Shown here in pieces: positions 8,641 through 18,481 of a DNA stretch of 64,000 nt. Within the stretch, counting starts at the first letter, position 1, and each line of letters begins with the position of its first letter. This DNA is from Candidatus Brocadiia bacterium JP1. Lineage in GTDB: Bacteria; Planctomycetota; Brocadiia; Brocadiales; Bathyanammoxibiaceae. The stretch covers positions 36,687 to 100,686 of the forward strand of contig JBMFFR010000003.1 of the NCBI GenBank assembly GCA_051388875.1, in the 5' to 3' direction. The notes below the pieces were generated by a model that saw nothing but the letters and a program-made list of their open reading frames with translations, had not been told where the DNA came from and did no database searches. The translations under genes and the position numbers were made by a program.

Positions 8641-10269
8641 ATGGCGGCAAAAAAGATCCTTTATAAACAGGAAGTTGCTGAGGTAATAAAGAAGGGGGTC
8701 TCAAAGGCTGCTCGGGCAGTCAAGGTTACGCTGGGACCTAGGGGAAGGGAAGTAATAATAGCCAAGAGTTTTGGCTCCCCGACAATAACAAAGGACGGGG
8801 TCACAGTGGCTAAGGAGATTGAGCTAGAAGACCCGTATGAAGATTTAGGAGCAAGGCTAGTAAAAGAGGTAGCCTCTAAGACGAGCGATGTTGCAGGAGA
8901 TGGCACCACTACTGCCACTATACTGGCTGAAGCTATATTCCTGGAGGGCTTGAAAAATGTTGCCGCAGGGGCTAACGCTATGGCCCTACGCAAAGGTATA
9001 GAAAAGGCTACTGAAAAGGTGGTAGAGGAGCTTAACAAAATGAGCATCCCAGTAGCTGGAAAAAAGGAAATCATGCAAGTGGCTACTATCGCCTCCAATG
9101 GGGATAAGGAGATAGGTCAGTATATAGCAGATGCTATGGAGAGGGTGGGTAAGGATGGGGTGATTACAGTAGAGGAGGGGCGGTCACTCCAAACTACTAT
9201 AGATTGGGTTGAGGGTATGCAATTTGATAAAGGTTATCTATCCCCTTATTTTGTTACCTCGGCTGAGACTATGGAGGCGGTGCTTGAGAGGCCCTACATT
9301 CTCGTCTACGAAAAAAAACTCTCACAAATAAGAGACCTTATCCCTTTACTGGAAAAAGTATTTGGGGCAGGGAGGCCCCTACTAATTATTGCTGAGGATA
9401 TAGAGGGAGAAGCATTAGCTACCTTAGTGGTGAATAGACTAAGAGGGGTTCTGTCCTGTTGTGCCGTTAAAGCCCCGGGTTTCGGTGAAAGAAGGAAGGC
9501 TATGCTGGGGGATATTGCGGTAGTAACAAAAGCTAATGCTGTCTTTGAAGACCTCGGCATTCAACTGACAAGCCTGAACATCTCGGACCTTGGCAGCGCA
9601 AAAAAGGTGGTAGTAACTAAAGATACTACTACAATTATAGAAGGGGCTGGGGATAGGGAGTCTATAAAGGGGCGAATAGAACAGATTCGTAAGGAACTAG
9701 AAATCACTACCTCTGAGTATGACAGAGAAAAACTCCAGGAGAGGCTGGCTAAATTGTCGGGTGGTGTAGCTAGAATAAATATTGGGGCGGCTACGGAGGC
9801 TGAAATGAAGGAGAAAAAGGCACGAATGGAAGACGCTATACATGCCACCCGTGCTGCTGTGGAGGAGGGGATATTGCCCGGGGGTGGGGTTGCCCTCCTT
9901 AAGGCATCCAGCGTACTTGATACTTTAGAGCTTTTAGGGGATGAGCGCACCGGCCGAGAAGTATTACGTTCAGCCCTAAAAGTACCTATCAAGCAGCTGG
10001 CGGAAAATGCAGGTGTTGATGGAGGAGTTGTGCTATATAAAGTAGAGTCCCTACTGGCAGAAAAGGCCAATAAGGGTTTTGACGCCGCCGAGGGAAAGTA
10101 TGCAGATATGATAGAGTCAGGGATTGTTGACCCAACGAAAGTAGTAAGGACCGCCTTGCAAAATGCCTCCAGTATAGCGGCCCTGCTGCTTACTACCGAT
10201 GCCCTTGTCGGAGAGATACCTGAAGAGAAAGAAGAGACACCAGCAAGCCCCCATATGCATCCCCATTAA
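8641..10269 (+). CDS. groEL: Chaperonin GroEL
   Basis: Canonical GroEL motifs ([19 protein letters not shown]). The C-terminus is PHMHPH rather than the GGM repeat. Confidence 0.97.
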   Translation: MAAKKILYKQEVAEVIKKGVSKAARAVKVTLGPRGREVIIAKSFGSPTITKDGVTVAKEIELEDPYEDLGARLVKEVASKTSDVAGDGTTTATILAEAIFLEGLKNVAAGANAMALRKGIEKATEKVVEELNKMSIPVAGKKEIMQVATIASNGDKEIGQYIADAMERVGKDGVITVEEGRSLQTTIDWVEGMQFDKGYLSPYFVTSAETMEAVLERPYILVYEKKLSQIRDLIPLLEKVFGAGRPLLIIAEDIEGEALATLVVNRLRGVLSCCAVKAPGFGERRKAMLGDIAVVTKANAVFEDLGIQLTSLNISDLGSAKKVVVTKDTTTIIEGAGDRESIKGRIEQIRKELEITTSEYDREKLQERLAKLSGGVARINIGAATEAEMKEKKARMEDAIHATRAAVEEGILPGGGVALLKASSVLDTLELLGDERTGREVLRSALKVPIKQLAENAGVDGGVVLYKVESLLAEKANKGFDAAEGKYADMIESGIVDPTKVVRTALQNASSIAALLLTTDALVGEIPEEKEETPASPHMHPH

Positions 10270-10445
10270 GGTAACTCTACCTGTTCAAAATTTGTGGATA
10301 GGCATGGAGGTCTGTCTCTGCGTCTTTAGTTACCCGTAAAGTCCACCGCAGGTATGGCGTGGCCTTGACCTACCCACCCTTGATTTCTACCACGGATTGC
10401 TTAATATAGCGCTATAAATTTCTGCCTTACTCGGTAGGGGACTAA

Positions 10446-11426
10446 ATGTACCAAAAGGTCTTCCTCCTTGCATTAGCAGTCCTTTCTGTAAACCTTCTGT
10501 CCAGGTTCTACGGCTTCTGGGTTATTTCACAAGGGGCCACGCGACGTAAAAAAGGACTTCTCTTTTGGCCTGCTATTTTTATCCAACTACTGGTACCATT
10601 ACCCTTTCCAGTGGAGTATACACTGCTCAAATTCCTCCTCTTAAGTAATACCTGTTTGCATGTGTTCAAGCTCATTGATTATTACCACAGGTATGATTTC
10701 CTCCCGGAGAGGGATAAAAATTTCAAAAGATTCTTCCATTCGTTTGAGTGCATGTATACTACAAATATAAGGAAGAGTTTTGTGAGGGAATCGCCCATAG
10801 TTAGCCCTAGAAGCGTCATCAGTAAGGGTTTACTATACATCGTGCTAGGTATGGCCTGTCTTTTACTGAACAGACATTACGGTTGGTGGAAGGTTTCGCC
10901 CCTGATGGACTATTTTACGCTGGGGGTAGAGTATTATTTCTTGTGCGTAGGGCTGGTGTATTTTGGAGTGGGTATCCATAGGGGGATGGGCTACCGTGTG
11001 AACGGCTTTTTCCGTGAACCCATTAGGGCGCGCTCCCCTCTGGAATTCTGGGCTAGATGGAATATACCAGTACACGAGTGGTTAAGGGATAATATCTATA
11101 AAAAGCTGGGTGGCCATCGCCACCGCTATAGGGGCCTATTTGCAACATTCTTTCTTAGTGGTCTATTTCACGAGTATATTCTTAGCATGGCCTCCAATAC
11201 GCTCAACGGTTACATGCTGGCCTACTTTATGATACAATTCCTGGTGCTTGTCTCTTCCATGTACTTAAACATTGTATTGAAAAACCAGTTAGCGAACTAC
11301 CCTAGGGTAAGGTCGGCTAGGTGGTTTAGGGGTGTATCCCGTCTGCTGACCTTTACTTGCATACTCTTACCAGTTCCCCTTTTTATACACAATTTTAAGA
11401 AGGTCTTCCCGATACATAACTTTTAG
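10446..11426 (+). CDS. MBOAT-family membrane O-acyltransferase
   Basis: Polytopic membrane protein with FWARWNIPVHEWL and the conserved His context SGLFHEY. Confidence 0.7.
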   Translation: MYQKVFLLALAVLSVNLLSRFYGFWVISQGATRRKKGLLFWPAIFIQLLVPLPFPVEYTLLKFLLLSNTCLHVFKLIDYYHRYDFLPERDKNFKRFFHSFECMYTTNIRKSFVRESPIVSPRSVISKGLLYIVLGMACLLLNRHYGWWKVSPLMDYFTLGVEYYFLCVGLVYFGVGIHRGMGYRVNGFFREPIRARSPLEFWARWNIPVHEWLRDNIYKKLGGHRHRYRGLFATFFLSGLFHEYILSMASNTLNGYMLAYFMIQFLVLVSSMYLNIVLKNQLANYPRVRSARWFRGVSRLLTFTCILLPVPLFIHNFKKVFPIHNF

Positions 11427-11516
11427 TCCTTTTTGCTTTCAAATATTTACAAAAGAAGGCCTTTTTAGTAATATCTTGCTTCAACTTTTTGGGATTTCAA
11501 GATAAAGGAGGCATTA

Positions 11517-11837
11517 ATGGTGACCGGTGCAAATAATGAGGGCACAATTTACGTAGCCCGGTGGACTCATACGCCAGAGAACTGTCCCGGAAGGAGTAGG
11601 GAGGGGGCAGAGATGCTCAGCAAATTCTGGGCAAGCCGTGAAGAGGCTGCTAAAAAGGGGGTAAATATTTTAGGCGCCTACGTAGCTGTAACTGAACATG
11701 AGTATTACATAATTGTTCAGGCAAAAGATTATACTTCTTTGGTGGAGTTTTTTTTACCCCTTGCACCCACCCAAACAGGCTCATTCAGGCCAGTCATGTC
11801 TATGGATGAGTGGATAAAGATTAATAAACCGAAGTAG
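11517..11837 (+). CDS. Small soluble hypothetical protein (DUF3303-like impression)
   Basis: SD AAGGAGG lies upstream of the ATG. 106 aa with no TM segment. The family assignment comes from memory only. Confidence 0.5.
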   Translation: MVTGANNEGTIYVARWTHTPENCPGRSREGAEMLSKFWASREEAAKKGVNILGAYVAVTEHEYYIIVQAKDYTSLVEFFLPLAPTQTGSFRPVMSMDEWIKINKPK

Positions 11838-11904
11838 GTGTGGCCTTTTTAGGGGCTGGCCTCCTCTGAAAAGACTTAATTTGGTATGGAGAAGCGAGTC
11901 ATAA

Positions 11905-12483
11905 ATGCATTTTTCAAGAGGGGTTAATTTGATAAAATCGGGGCAACCAATGGCGTCTTTGCTTAGAAATAAGGAAGCCCTGGGTAAGGAATTAGTAGCC
12001 AGGGCCTATCTCCGTGGGGACTTTATGCTTAGCTCTGGCAAAAGGAGTAATTACTTCTTTGATAAATACCTCTTTGAAACCGAGCCTGAGCTACTTGATG
12101 CGGTAACGAGGTATCTTTCGGAGATGCTTCCTGCGGGGACGAATAAGCTGGCAGGGGTGGAGTTGGGGGCAGTGCCTCTTATAACTGCTTTATCTTTAAA
12201 GACTTACATCCCTTTTGTTATTGTCAGGAAAGTTCAAAAGTCTCATGGGACGGCCCGACTTATTGAGGGTAAGCTTAACGGTGGAGAAACAGTAGTCCTG
12301 GTTGAAGATGTGGTAACCAGTGGGCAGCAGGCCCTTAATGCGGTAAAGATTCTTGAAGAAGCAGGGGGAAAGGTTCTAAAGGTAATCTGTGTGGTTGACC
12401 GTGAAGAGGGGGGTAGAGCAAATATAGAGTCAGAAGGACTAACCTTTGAATCCCTTTTTACAAAGACCAGCCTGGGCGTGTAA
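11905..12483 (+). CDS. pyrE: Orotate phosphoribosyltransferase
   Basis: PRPP-binding motif VVLVEDVVTSG and an N-terminal YLRGDFMLSSGKRSNYFFD. An alternative start ATG lies at 11950. Confidence 0.88.
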   Translation: MHFSRGVNLIKSGQPMASLLRNKEALGKELVARAYLRGDFMLSSGKRSNYFFDKYLFETEPELLDAVTRYLSEMLPAGTNKLAGVELGAVPLITALSLKTYIPFVIVRKVQKSHGTARLIEGKLNGGETVVLVEDVVTSGQQALNAVKILEEAGGKVLKVICVVDREEGGRANIESEGLTFESLFTKTSLGV

Positions 12484-12559
12484 TGAGGAGTGGGATTCAG
12501 CAAAAAAATCTATCTCTTCCCTATTGGAAAAGCGGGTTAAAGGGGGGTTCTTAAATGTT

Positions 12560-12599
12560 CACACCTTCCCCCTTGCTAAAGGTGGGATTCGTAGGTGTG
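12560..12599. repeat. Dispersed hairpin unit (TCCCCC..GCTAAAGG..GGGA family)
   Basis: Outer stem CACACCT/AGGTGTG encloses TCCCCCTTGCTAAAGGTGGGA. Related units occur at 591-660, 15597-15639 and 22146-22218. Confidence 0.5.
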
Positions 12600-12667
12600 T
12601 CTATTATAAATAAGTTTAAAGACTAGTTTTCCCCATTCTGCCGTAAGTATATTTAATATTTCAAGAT

Positions 12668-14137
12668 ATGAAAGAGAAAGAGCAAATAGGAAAACCAACT
12701 AGAGAAGCCTGTGTTTCTGGCACTCAAGATGTCCTGGTAGAGCGGTACGCCAGTCCGGATATGGCTTATAACTTCTCTGAGAAAAGGAAGCACATACTCT
12801 GGAGAAGACTCTGGATTGCCCTTGCGGAGGCTCAGCAGGAACTTGGACTGCAAGTGGTGTCAGGGGAACAAGTTAGTGAGATGCGTCAACATGTAGAAGA
12901 TATTGATTACGAAAAGGTAAAAGAGATAGAGTCAAGGATAAGGCATGAGGTTATGGCCCACCTCCATGTCTATGGCCTTCAGTGTCCTAAGGCAAAGCCA
13001 ATCATACACTTAGGTGCTACCAGCGCGTATGTGTTAGATAATGCTGATTTGATAATCCTCCGCGAAGGGCTAGAAATTTTAAGGAGGAGATTGGTAGGGG
13101 TTATAAATGAGTTAGCCCAACAGGCCCAGCGACACCGCTCACTTGTTACGGTTGCCTTTACTCATTATCAACCCGCTACCCTCACTACAGTGGGTAAGCG
13201 TATGAGTCTTTGGCTACAGGACTTCGTAATGGACCTGGAGGAAATGGAGTTCCGGCTTAATAATCTAAAATTCCTCGGGGCTAGAGGGGCTGTGGGTACC
13301 CATGCCAGCCTTATGGCCCTATTTGGTGATGAGGAGAAGGTGAAGGCCCTGGAGCGCCTGGTGGCGGACAAGATGGGTTTTAAAGGGTGTTACCCGGTGG
13401 CAGGACAGACCTACCCAAGGAAGGTAGATGCTCAAGTGCTGGCATGCCTTTCTGGGATTGCCCAATCTGCCCATAAGATGACTAACGACATTAGATTGCT
13501 ACAAAACCTTAGAGAAATAGAAGAACCGTTTGAGGCAGAGCAGGTAGGCTCGTCAGCCATGCCACAGAAGCGTAACCCCATCCTTTCAGAGAGGGTAGCA
13601 GCGCTTGCCAGATACGTCCTGTGTAGTAGTTTGAATCCTGCCTTCACAGCGGCGGGTCAATGGTTTGAAAGGACTCTTGATGACTCTGCTAACCGCAGGC
13701 TCAGCCTCCCTGGAGCCTTCCTTGCCACAGAGGCCATACTCAATCTTATCCATAACATCGCAGCAGGATTGATGATTTATCCAAAGGTGATTGACCGACA
13801 CGTAAAAGAGGAGCTCCCCTTCCTTGCCACTGAGCGCATACTGATGGAGGCAGTGAAAAAGGGTGGCGACCGCCAGTTGCTCCACGAACGTCTACGGACG
13901 CATGCCATGGAAGCCGCAAGGGTGGCAAAGGAAGGAGGGGATAACGACCTGCTGGTGCGGATAACCAGCGACGCCGCCTTTTCTAGTATCAAACCTAGTT
14001 TGCAGGAGTTACTGGACCCAAAAAACTTCATCGGCCGAGCCCCCCAACAGGTGGAGGAATTCTTAAGAGACGTGGTTGAGCCACTGCTTGGGCGGTGCAA
14101 GGACTTGATAGGTAAACCTGTGCAAGTAAGAGTATAA
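12668..14137 (+). CDS. purB: Adenylosuccinate lyase
   Basis: Fumarate-lyase signature GSSAMPQKRNP and a PurB-like N-terminus (RYASPDM). Confidence 0.9.
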   Translation: MKEKEQIGKPTREACVSGTQDVLVERYASPDMAYNFSEKRKHILWRRLWIALAEAQQELGLQVVSGEQVSEMRQHVEDIDYEKVKEIESRIRHEVMAHLHVYGLQCPKAKPIIHLGATSAYVLDNADLIILREGLEILRRRLVGVINELAQQAQRHRSLVTVAFTHYQPATLTTVGKRMSLWLQDFVMDLEEMEFRLNNLKFLGARGAVGTHASLMALFGDEEKVKALERLVADKMGFKGCYPVAGQTYPRKVDAQVLACLSGIAQSAHKMTNDIRLLQNLREIEEPFEAEQVGSSAMPQKRNPILSERVAALARYVLCSSLNPAFTAAGQWFERTLDDSANRRLSLPGAFLATEAILNLIHNIAAGLMIYPKVIDRHVKEELPFLATERILMEAVKKGGDRQLLHERLRTHAMEAARVAKEGGDNDLLVRITSDAAFSSIKPSLQELLDPKNFIGRAPQQVEEFLRDVVEPLLGRCKDLIGKPVQVRV

Positions 14138-14319
14138 ATTGGTTTAAGAACGCTTTAAGAGTGTGTTTCAATTAACCCAGGACTGCTGGTGTCTTTTTTA
14201 GCCTTTCAGCCAGAATTATATGATTTTCTGAGTATAAAATGCAGTTGGAGTATTTATAAGTGCCTCTACTTGAACAGCTTTTATGGCGTCTGGTTTTACT
14301 GAGGTTCAGGTTTGATTCA

Positions 14320-14347
14320 TTGACAAAAGCTGCGCCTGTGCTAAAAT
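14320..14347 (+). promoter_or_regulatory. Sigma70-type promoter candidate
   Basis: TTGACA (14320-14325), 16-nt spacer, TAAAAT (14342-14347). It lies about 180 nt upstream of thiE. Confidence 0.45.
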
Positions 14348-14525
14348 GCCCATGACTTTTTAGACCCCTGGTGAACTATGTAACTACTTGAGTGGTTTGA
14401 AGATATGAGACAGCATGTAAGAATTGAGAAAGATGAGGCTAGATACTATGTAACAGAGGTTATCTGCCTTGTTGTGGTTTTTATACCAAGCAGGCTTGAC
14501 AATAGAAGAGTTTAATGGTTTGTGA

Positions 14526-15182
14526 TTGCCTTTCATGTACAACTTTCAAAAACTTAGGCTTATGCTTATTACAGATCAAAGCACCAGCCAGCTGCCATTG
14601 ATAGAGGCGGTGAAGTTGGCCCTGGAAGGGGGCGTAACGGCGGTTCAGCTCAGGGAGAAAGACCTTGAAAGCAAGAATCTCTTTTTACTGGCAGAGGAGC
14701 TCAGGGAATTGACCTTGCGTTACGGGGCAGCTTTGATAATAAATGATCGGGTGGATATAGCTCTTGCCACAGAGGCGGATGGAGTGCACTTAGGAAGACA
14801 TTCTATGCCTATCAGCGTGGTAAGAAGGCTGCTCGGCTTGCCTGGGTCGTGTAAGTTTTTGGGTTTTTCAGCCCACAACATTCAAGAGGCAGTTGGTGCA
14901 GAGGAAGGGGGGGCAAATTATATTACGCTCAGTCCTATATTTCCGTCTAAGGATAAAGGTCCGCCAATAGGTACGCGGGCAATATCACTGGTAAAGGAAT
15001 ATCTGAGGATACCTGTAATTGCCCTTGGAGGAATAAAGGAGGAGACAGCGGCAGAGGTGATGGAGAACAAGGCAGATGGACTAGCCGTAATTTCAGCCAT
15101 AATTGACCAGGCCGACCCCAAAAGCAGGGCACAGGCCCTTAGAAAGATTGTGGATTTCTGGTTTTCTCAACAGAAGGATTGA
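14526..15182 (+). CDS. thiE: Thiamine-phosphate synthase
   Basis: ThiE-like sequence (LMLITD..., VQLREKD, INDRVDIALA, ADGVHLG). The start is uncertain: TTG at 14526 or ATG at 14535. Confidence 0.85.
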   Translation: MPFMYNFQKLRLMLITDQSTSQLPLIEAVKLALEGGVTAVQLREKDLESKNLFLLAEELRELTLRYGAALIINDRVDIALATEADGVHLGRHSMPISVVRRLLGLPGSCKFLGFSAHNIQEAVGAEEGGANYITLSPIFPSKDKGPPIGTRAISLVKEYLRIPVIALGGIKEETAAEVMENKADGLAVISAIIDQADPKSRAQALRKIVDFWFSQQKD

Positions 15183-15574
15183 AGATGTCGCTACTTAAAC
15201 ACATAAAGTTTAACGAACAAGGTCTAGTACCTTCTATTATTGTGGATGCTATAGATGGTAGGGTATTAACCCTGTGCTATATGAATAAAGAGGCGGTGGA
15301 GAAGACGCTTGAGACTGGGCTGGTACACCTTTATAGGCGTTCCCAAAAGCGGTTGATGCTCAAGGGCGAGACCTCTGGCCATACCCAAGCCGTTAAGGAG
15401 GTGTTTGTTGACTGCGAGGGTAACTCTCTGCTCTTTAAGGTGGACCAAAAAGTGGCTGCTTGCCATGCTGGCTATCGTTCTTGCTATTATAGGGGCTTGA
15501 ATCTTAATAGCGGAGAGTTGGAGATAAAAGAGAAACAATTGTTTAACCCAAAAGAAGTATATTCTAACCCTTAG
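15179..15574 (+). CDS. hisI: Phosphoribosyl-AMP cyclohydrolase (monofunctional HisI)
   Basis: GLVPSIIVD..., SGHTQ and DCEGNSLLFKV...ACHAGYRSCYY are HisI hallmarks. Its start overlaps the thiE stop. Confidence 0.9.
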   Translation: MKMSLLKHIKFNEQGLVPSIIVDAIDGRVLTLCYMNKEAVEKTLETGLVHLYRRSQKRLMLKGETSGHTQAVKEVFVDCEGNSLLFKVDQKVAACHAGYRSCYYRGLNLNSGELEIKEKQLFNPKEVYSNP

Positions 15575-15596
15575 AAGGCCCTAAAAACATGATAAG

Positions 15597-15639
15597 GTGG
15601 GATTTTCAAACCTCCCTTCCCCTTTTGCTAAATGGGGAT
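15597..15639. repeat. Dispersed hairpin unit (same family as 12560-12599)
   Basis: GGTGGGATTTTCAAACCTCCC followed by TCCCCTTTTGCTAAATGGGGA. Confidence 0.5.
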
Positions 15640-15961
15640 ACTTAACGTTTTTGTTAAGTAAATTTTGGGATGTCTGAATTGCTTATCCTAAGCCTGAAGA
15701 AAAAAGCCTTGAAAAGATTTATTTCTATGATATATTAAATTGTCTATGTTTCAGGGGTAGACATAACATTCTTTTGAAAGGCTAAAATTAATTTGGGTAC
15801 GGCCTTCCATCCTGAAAATAAATTCCTTTAAAAAGGTGTTATATTATATCAATTGTTAGCTATGGGTATTTAGGGCTTTATAGCATAAATGGGGTTAATG
15901 GTGAGAGGGTATTGCTAGGTGATTGAGGGGTAGTGGGATAACTTCACGAGGGGAGGGAAGA

Positions 15962-16639
15962 ATGGGCAAAAAGGTGGAGCTTTATTTAAAGTTTTTCAGT
16001 GTAATGATGCTATTAGGTATAGCAATGGGATGTGCAGAGACGGACGAGTTAAGGAGTCAGACTCGTCGCCAGGCTATCACCATCCGTGACCAACAGGAAG
16101 AGATGGAAAAATTAAAGAGAGACTTGGCGATGTATCAGGATAGGGCAGAGAGAGAGGCCGCTGAGAAGAGGAGACTATTTGATGAGTTGGACAAGCTTGC
16201 TAAGGCTATAGGGCATGGTGCCACTGTAAGGGAGACCCCGGAAGGGCCGGTGATTCAACTGCCAGAGATAATACTCTTTGACTCCGGTATGGCCACATTA
16301 AAACCCGAAGGTGAGACGGCCCTGAAGAAGATAGCTGACCACTTGGTGGCTAACCCCAGAGAACATCTAAGGATAGACGGACACACAGACTCTGACCCAA
16401 TTGTGAGGACCAAATACATGTGGGACTCTAACCATCATCTCTCTGCCGGTAGAGCCCTTAGCGTATTAAAGTATCTTACTAAACAGGGAGTAGAGGAAGG
16501 CAGAATATATATTGCAGCCTACGGTCCTAACCGACCAGTGGCTAGTAATAATTCAGACGATGGTAAGAGGAAAAACCGCAGGGTTGAGTTCTTGCTGGTT
16601 GCTGCTTCTCCAAGACCAGAAGAAGGCAGTCCGCAGTAA
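15962..16639 (+). CDS. OmpA/MotB-domain (peptidoglycan-binding) lipoprotein with coiled coil
   Basis: The ATG at 15962 has the upstream SD GGGGAGGGAAG. Signal peptide with ...AMGC. OmpA-like C-terminus (RIDGHTDSDPI, NRRVEF). Confidence 0.85.
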   Translation: MGKKVELYLKFFSVMMLLGIAMGCAETDELRSQTRRQAITIRDQQEEMEKLKRDLAMYQDRAEREAAEKRRLFDELDKLAKAIGHGATVRETPEGPVIQLPEIILFDSGMATLKPEGETALKKIADHLVANPREHLRIDGHTDSDPIVRTKYMWDSNHHLSAGRALSVLKYLTKQGVEEGRIYIAAYGPNRPVASNNSDDGKRKNRRVEFLLVAASPRPEEGSPQ

Positions 16640-16664
16640 CAGGATTCTTAGCTTTTAAGTACTT

Positions 16665-18437
16665 ATGGTGAGTAAAAAGGATGTAGCTAGATCTGAGGAA
16701 AATCGTCTCTGGAGTTTCTTTACCTCAGTAAAACTAGCAGTTGTACTTATTTTTCTAATAGCCATTGCCTGTGGTCTTGGTACATTCATAGTACAGGATA
16801 AGGGCACAGAAGAATATAATGCGAGGTTTGGGGAAGGCCTGGCTTATTTCTTGCAGGTTACCCAGATTACGCAAGTATTCCACTCCTACTGGTTTACCTT
16901 TTTACTGGTATTACTGGTAGCTAACCTGGTTTGCTGTACCATATATCACTGGCGAGGAACCCTCTTACAGACAGGCTTCCTACTTACCCACATCAGCATA
17001 CTCCTCATACTAGTGGGGAGTATCACAGGTCTCTGGTTTGGGCAGAAAGGGGTGCTTTGGATTGCCGAGGGCCAGAAGGCTAACCAGTTTCACCTCAGAG
17101 ATGGTACCCCCAAACCCTTACCCTTTGAACTTTATCTGGACGCCTTCATTACAGAGAAGTATCCATCAAAGTACGACCTTCTTTCCTATATAAAAGACCA
17201 GCACAAGGAGGGGTTCCTCTCAACTGAACTAGGCAAGCCTCAGGCTATACAAAAGAGTCCTTATGTGGTAACCGTAAAGGATTACATCCCCGATGCAGCC
17301 CTTCTAGAGGAGGCCATAAACACTTCTGAGGAGGTAAAAAACCCGGCCATTTTTGTCCAACTTTACGGTTCGGAGACCGTTACGGTGGAAGGGTGGCTAG
17401 TGGCTAAGGATCGCAACTGGTATGTGGACAGGAAAAGGGATCTCAAGTTGGAATACCATTGGGCGGAATCTGAGGAGGAACTCCAGAGGTTCGGCGTAAG
17501 CAATCCCTCCAAGCCAAAACTCACCCTTCGTCTGAAAGATAAGGCTATTGCCCAGGAGTTGGTGGCAGAACCGGGTAGGAGTTACACGTGGGAAGGATAT
17601 AATGTAAAGATTATGGACTTTGCCCTGGATTTCGTTCAGAGGGTAAAGCCGCTGAGGGAGCAACAACCCAATAACCCTGCTATATTTATTGAACTGGATG
17701 GTCCCCAGGGGAAAGAGAGCCGATGGGTATTCGCAAACTTCCCGGATTGGGACGAAATGCATCCAACTAAATATAAAGAACTCAAGCTGCTCTGTGAGAT
17801 ACCTGAGGACCTTTCTTTTGTAAATCAACAGATTAAGATACTCCAGGGGCCGAATGATAAGCGCGTGCTAGCTTACATCAAAGGGGATAAAGTGGTAGAG
17901 AGTTTCCAGTGGGAGCTGGATAAGAAATATGATATCGGTGATTCTGGGAGCCAGATTAAGGTCACGAAATTTTACCCCTCCTTTGGGGTGAAACAATCTG
18001 TGGTAAAGAAGTCTGACGACCTCAAGAAACCGGCCCTTTTCGTGGAAATTGATGGACCAAGGGGGAAAATGGTAGATTGGGTTTTTGCAGAAGCTCAACA
18101 AGCCACGGCCTATAAGGATGGTAACTTTTTTCTCCTTTACAAACAAATGGGAGAAAACATCAAGGACTGGAAGAGTAAGCTCAGGATAGTGGATGGTGGG
18201 AAAACGGTGGCAGAGAAGACCATAGAGGTAAATGACCCATTAAAATATAAGGGTTACGCCTTTTACCAGGCTAGCTACGACCCTCAAAATGAGAAACTCT
18301 CCGGTTTACAAGTGGCAAATGACCCGGGTGTTCCCCTGGTCTACTTTGGTTTCTTCTCACTTTGCTTTGGTATTATATTCATATTTTACATAAAGCCTTT
18401 GCTAAGGCGTAGGATGTCTGCCACAAGTAATAATTGA
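16665..18437 (+). CDS. resB: Cytochrome c biogenesis protein ResB/Ccs1 (System II)
   Basis: ResB-like N-terminal TM segments, a large periplasmic domain and a C-terminal TM segment. It lies immediately upstream of ccsA. Confidence 0.85.
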   Translation: MVSKKDVARSEENRLWSFFTSVKLAVVLIFLIAIACGLGTFIVQDKGTEEYNARFGEGLAYFLQVTQITQVFHSYWFTFLLVLLVANLVCCTIYHWRGTLLQTGFLLTHISILLILVGSITGLWFGQKGVLWIAEGQKANQFHLRDGTPKPLPFELYLDAFITEKYPSKYDLLSYIKDQHKEGFLSTELGKPQAIQKSPYVVTVKDYIPDAALLEEAINTSEEVKNPAIFVQLYGSETVTVEGWLVAKDRNWYVDRKRDLKLEYHWAESEEELQRFGVSNPSKPKLTLRLKDKAIAQELVAEPGRSYTWEGYNVKIMDFALDFVQRVKPLREQQPNNPAIFIELDGPQGKESRWVFANFPDWDEMHPTKYKELKLLCEIPEDLSFVNQQIKILQGPNDKRVLAYIKGDKVVESFQWELDKKYDIGDSGSQIKVTKFYPSFGVKQSVVKKSDDLKKPALFVEIDGPRGKMVDWVFAEAQQATAYKDGNFFLLYKQMGENIKDWKSKLRIVDGGKTVAEKTIEVNDPLKYKGYAFYQASYDPQNEKLSGLQVANDPGVPLVYFGFFSLCFGIIFIFYIKPLLRRRMSATSNN

Positions 18438-18481
18438 GGTAGATTCGCCTTTGGTTAAAATAATACAGGAGGGTATTTAAG

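Noticed and set aside
8661-10070. Antisense ORFs of 145, 84 and 169 aa inside groEL, and similar ones inside the ABC ATPase, smc, purB and comM genes
   Set aside because: They are Ser/Ala/Pro-rich, low-complexity mirror-frame products of strongly supported genes. They have no RBS and no recognisable motifs.
15640-15668. AT-rich hairpin ACTTAAC-GTTTTT-GTTAAGT after hisI as an intrinsic terminator
   Set aside because: The stem is weak (7 bp, mostly A:T) and the trailing tract is AAATTTT rather than a clean U-run. It is plausible but not strong enough to list as a feature.
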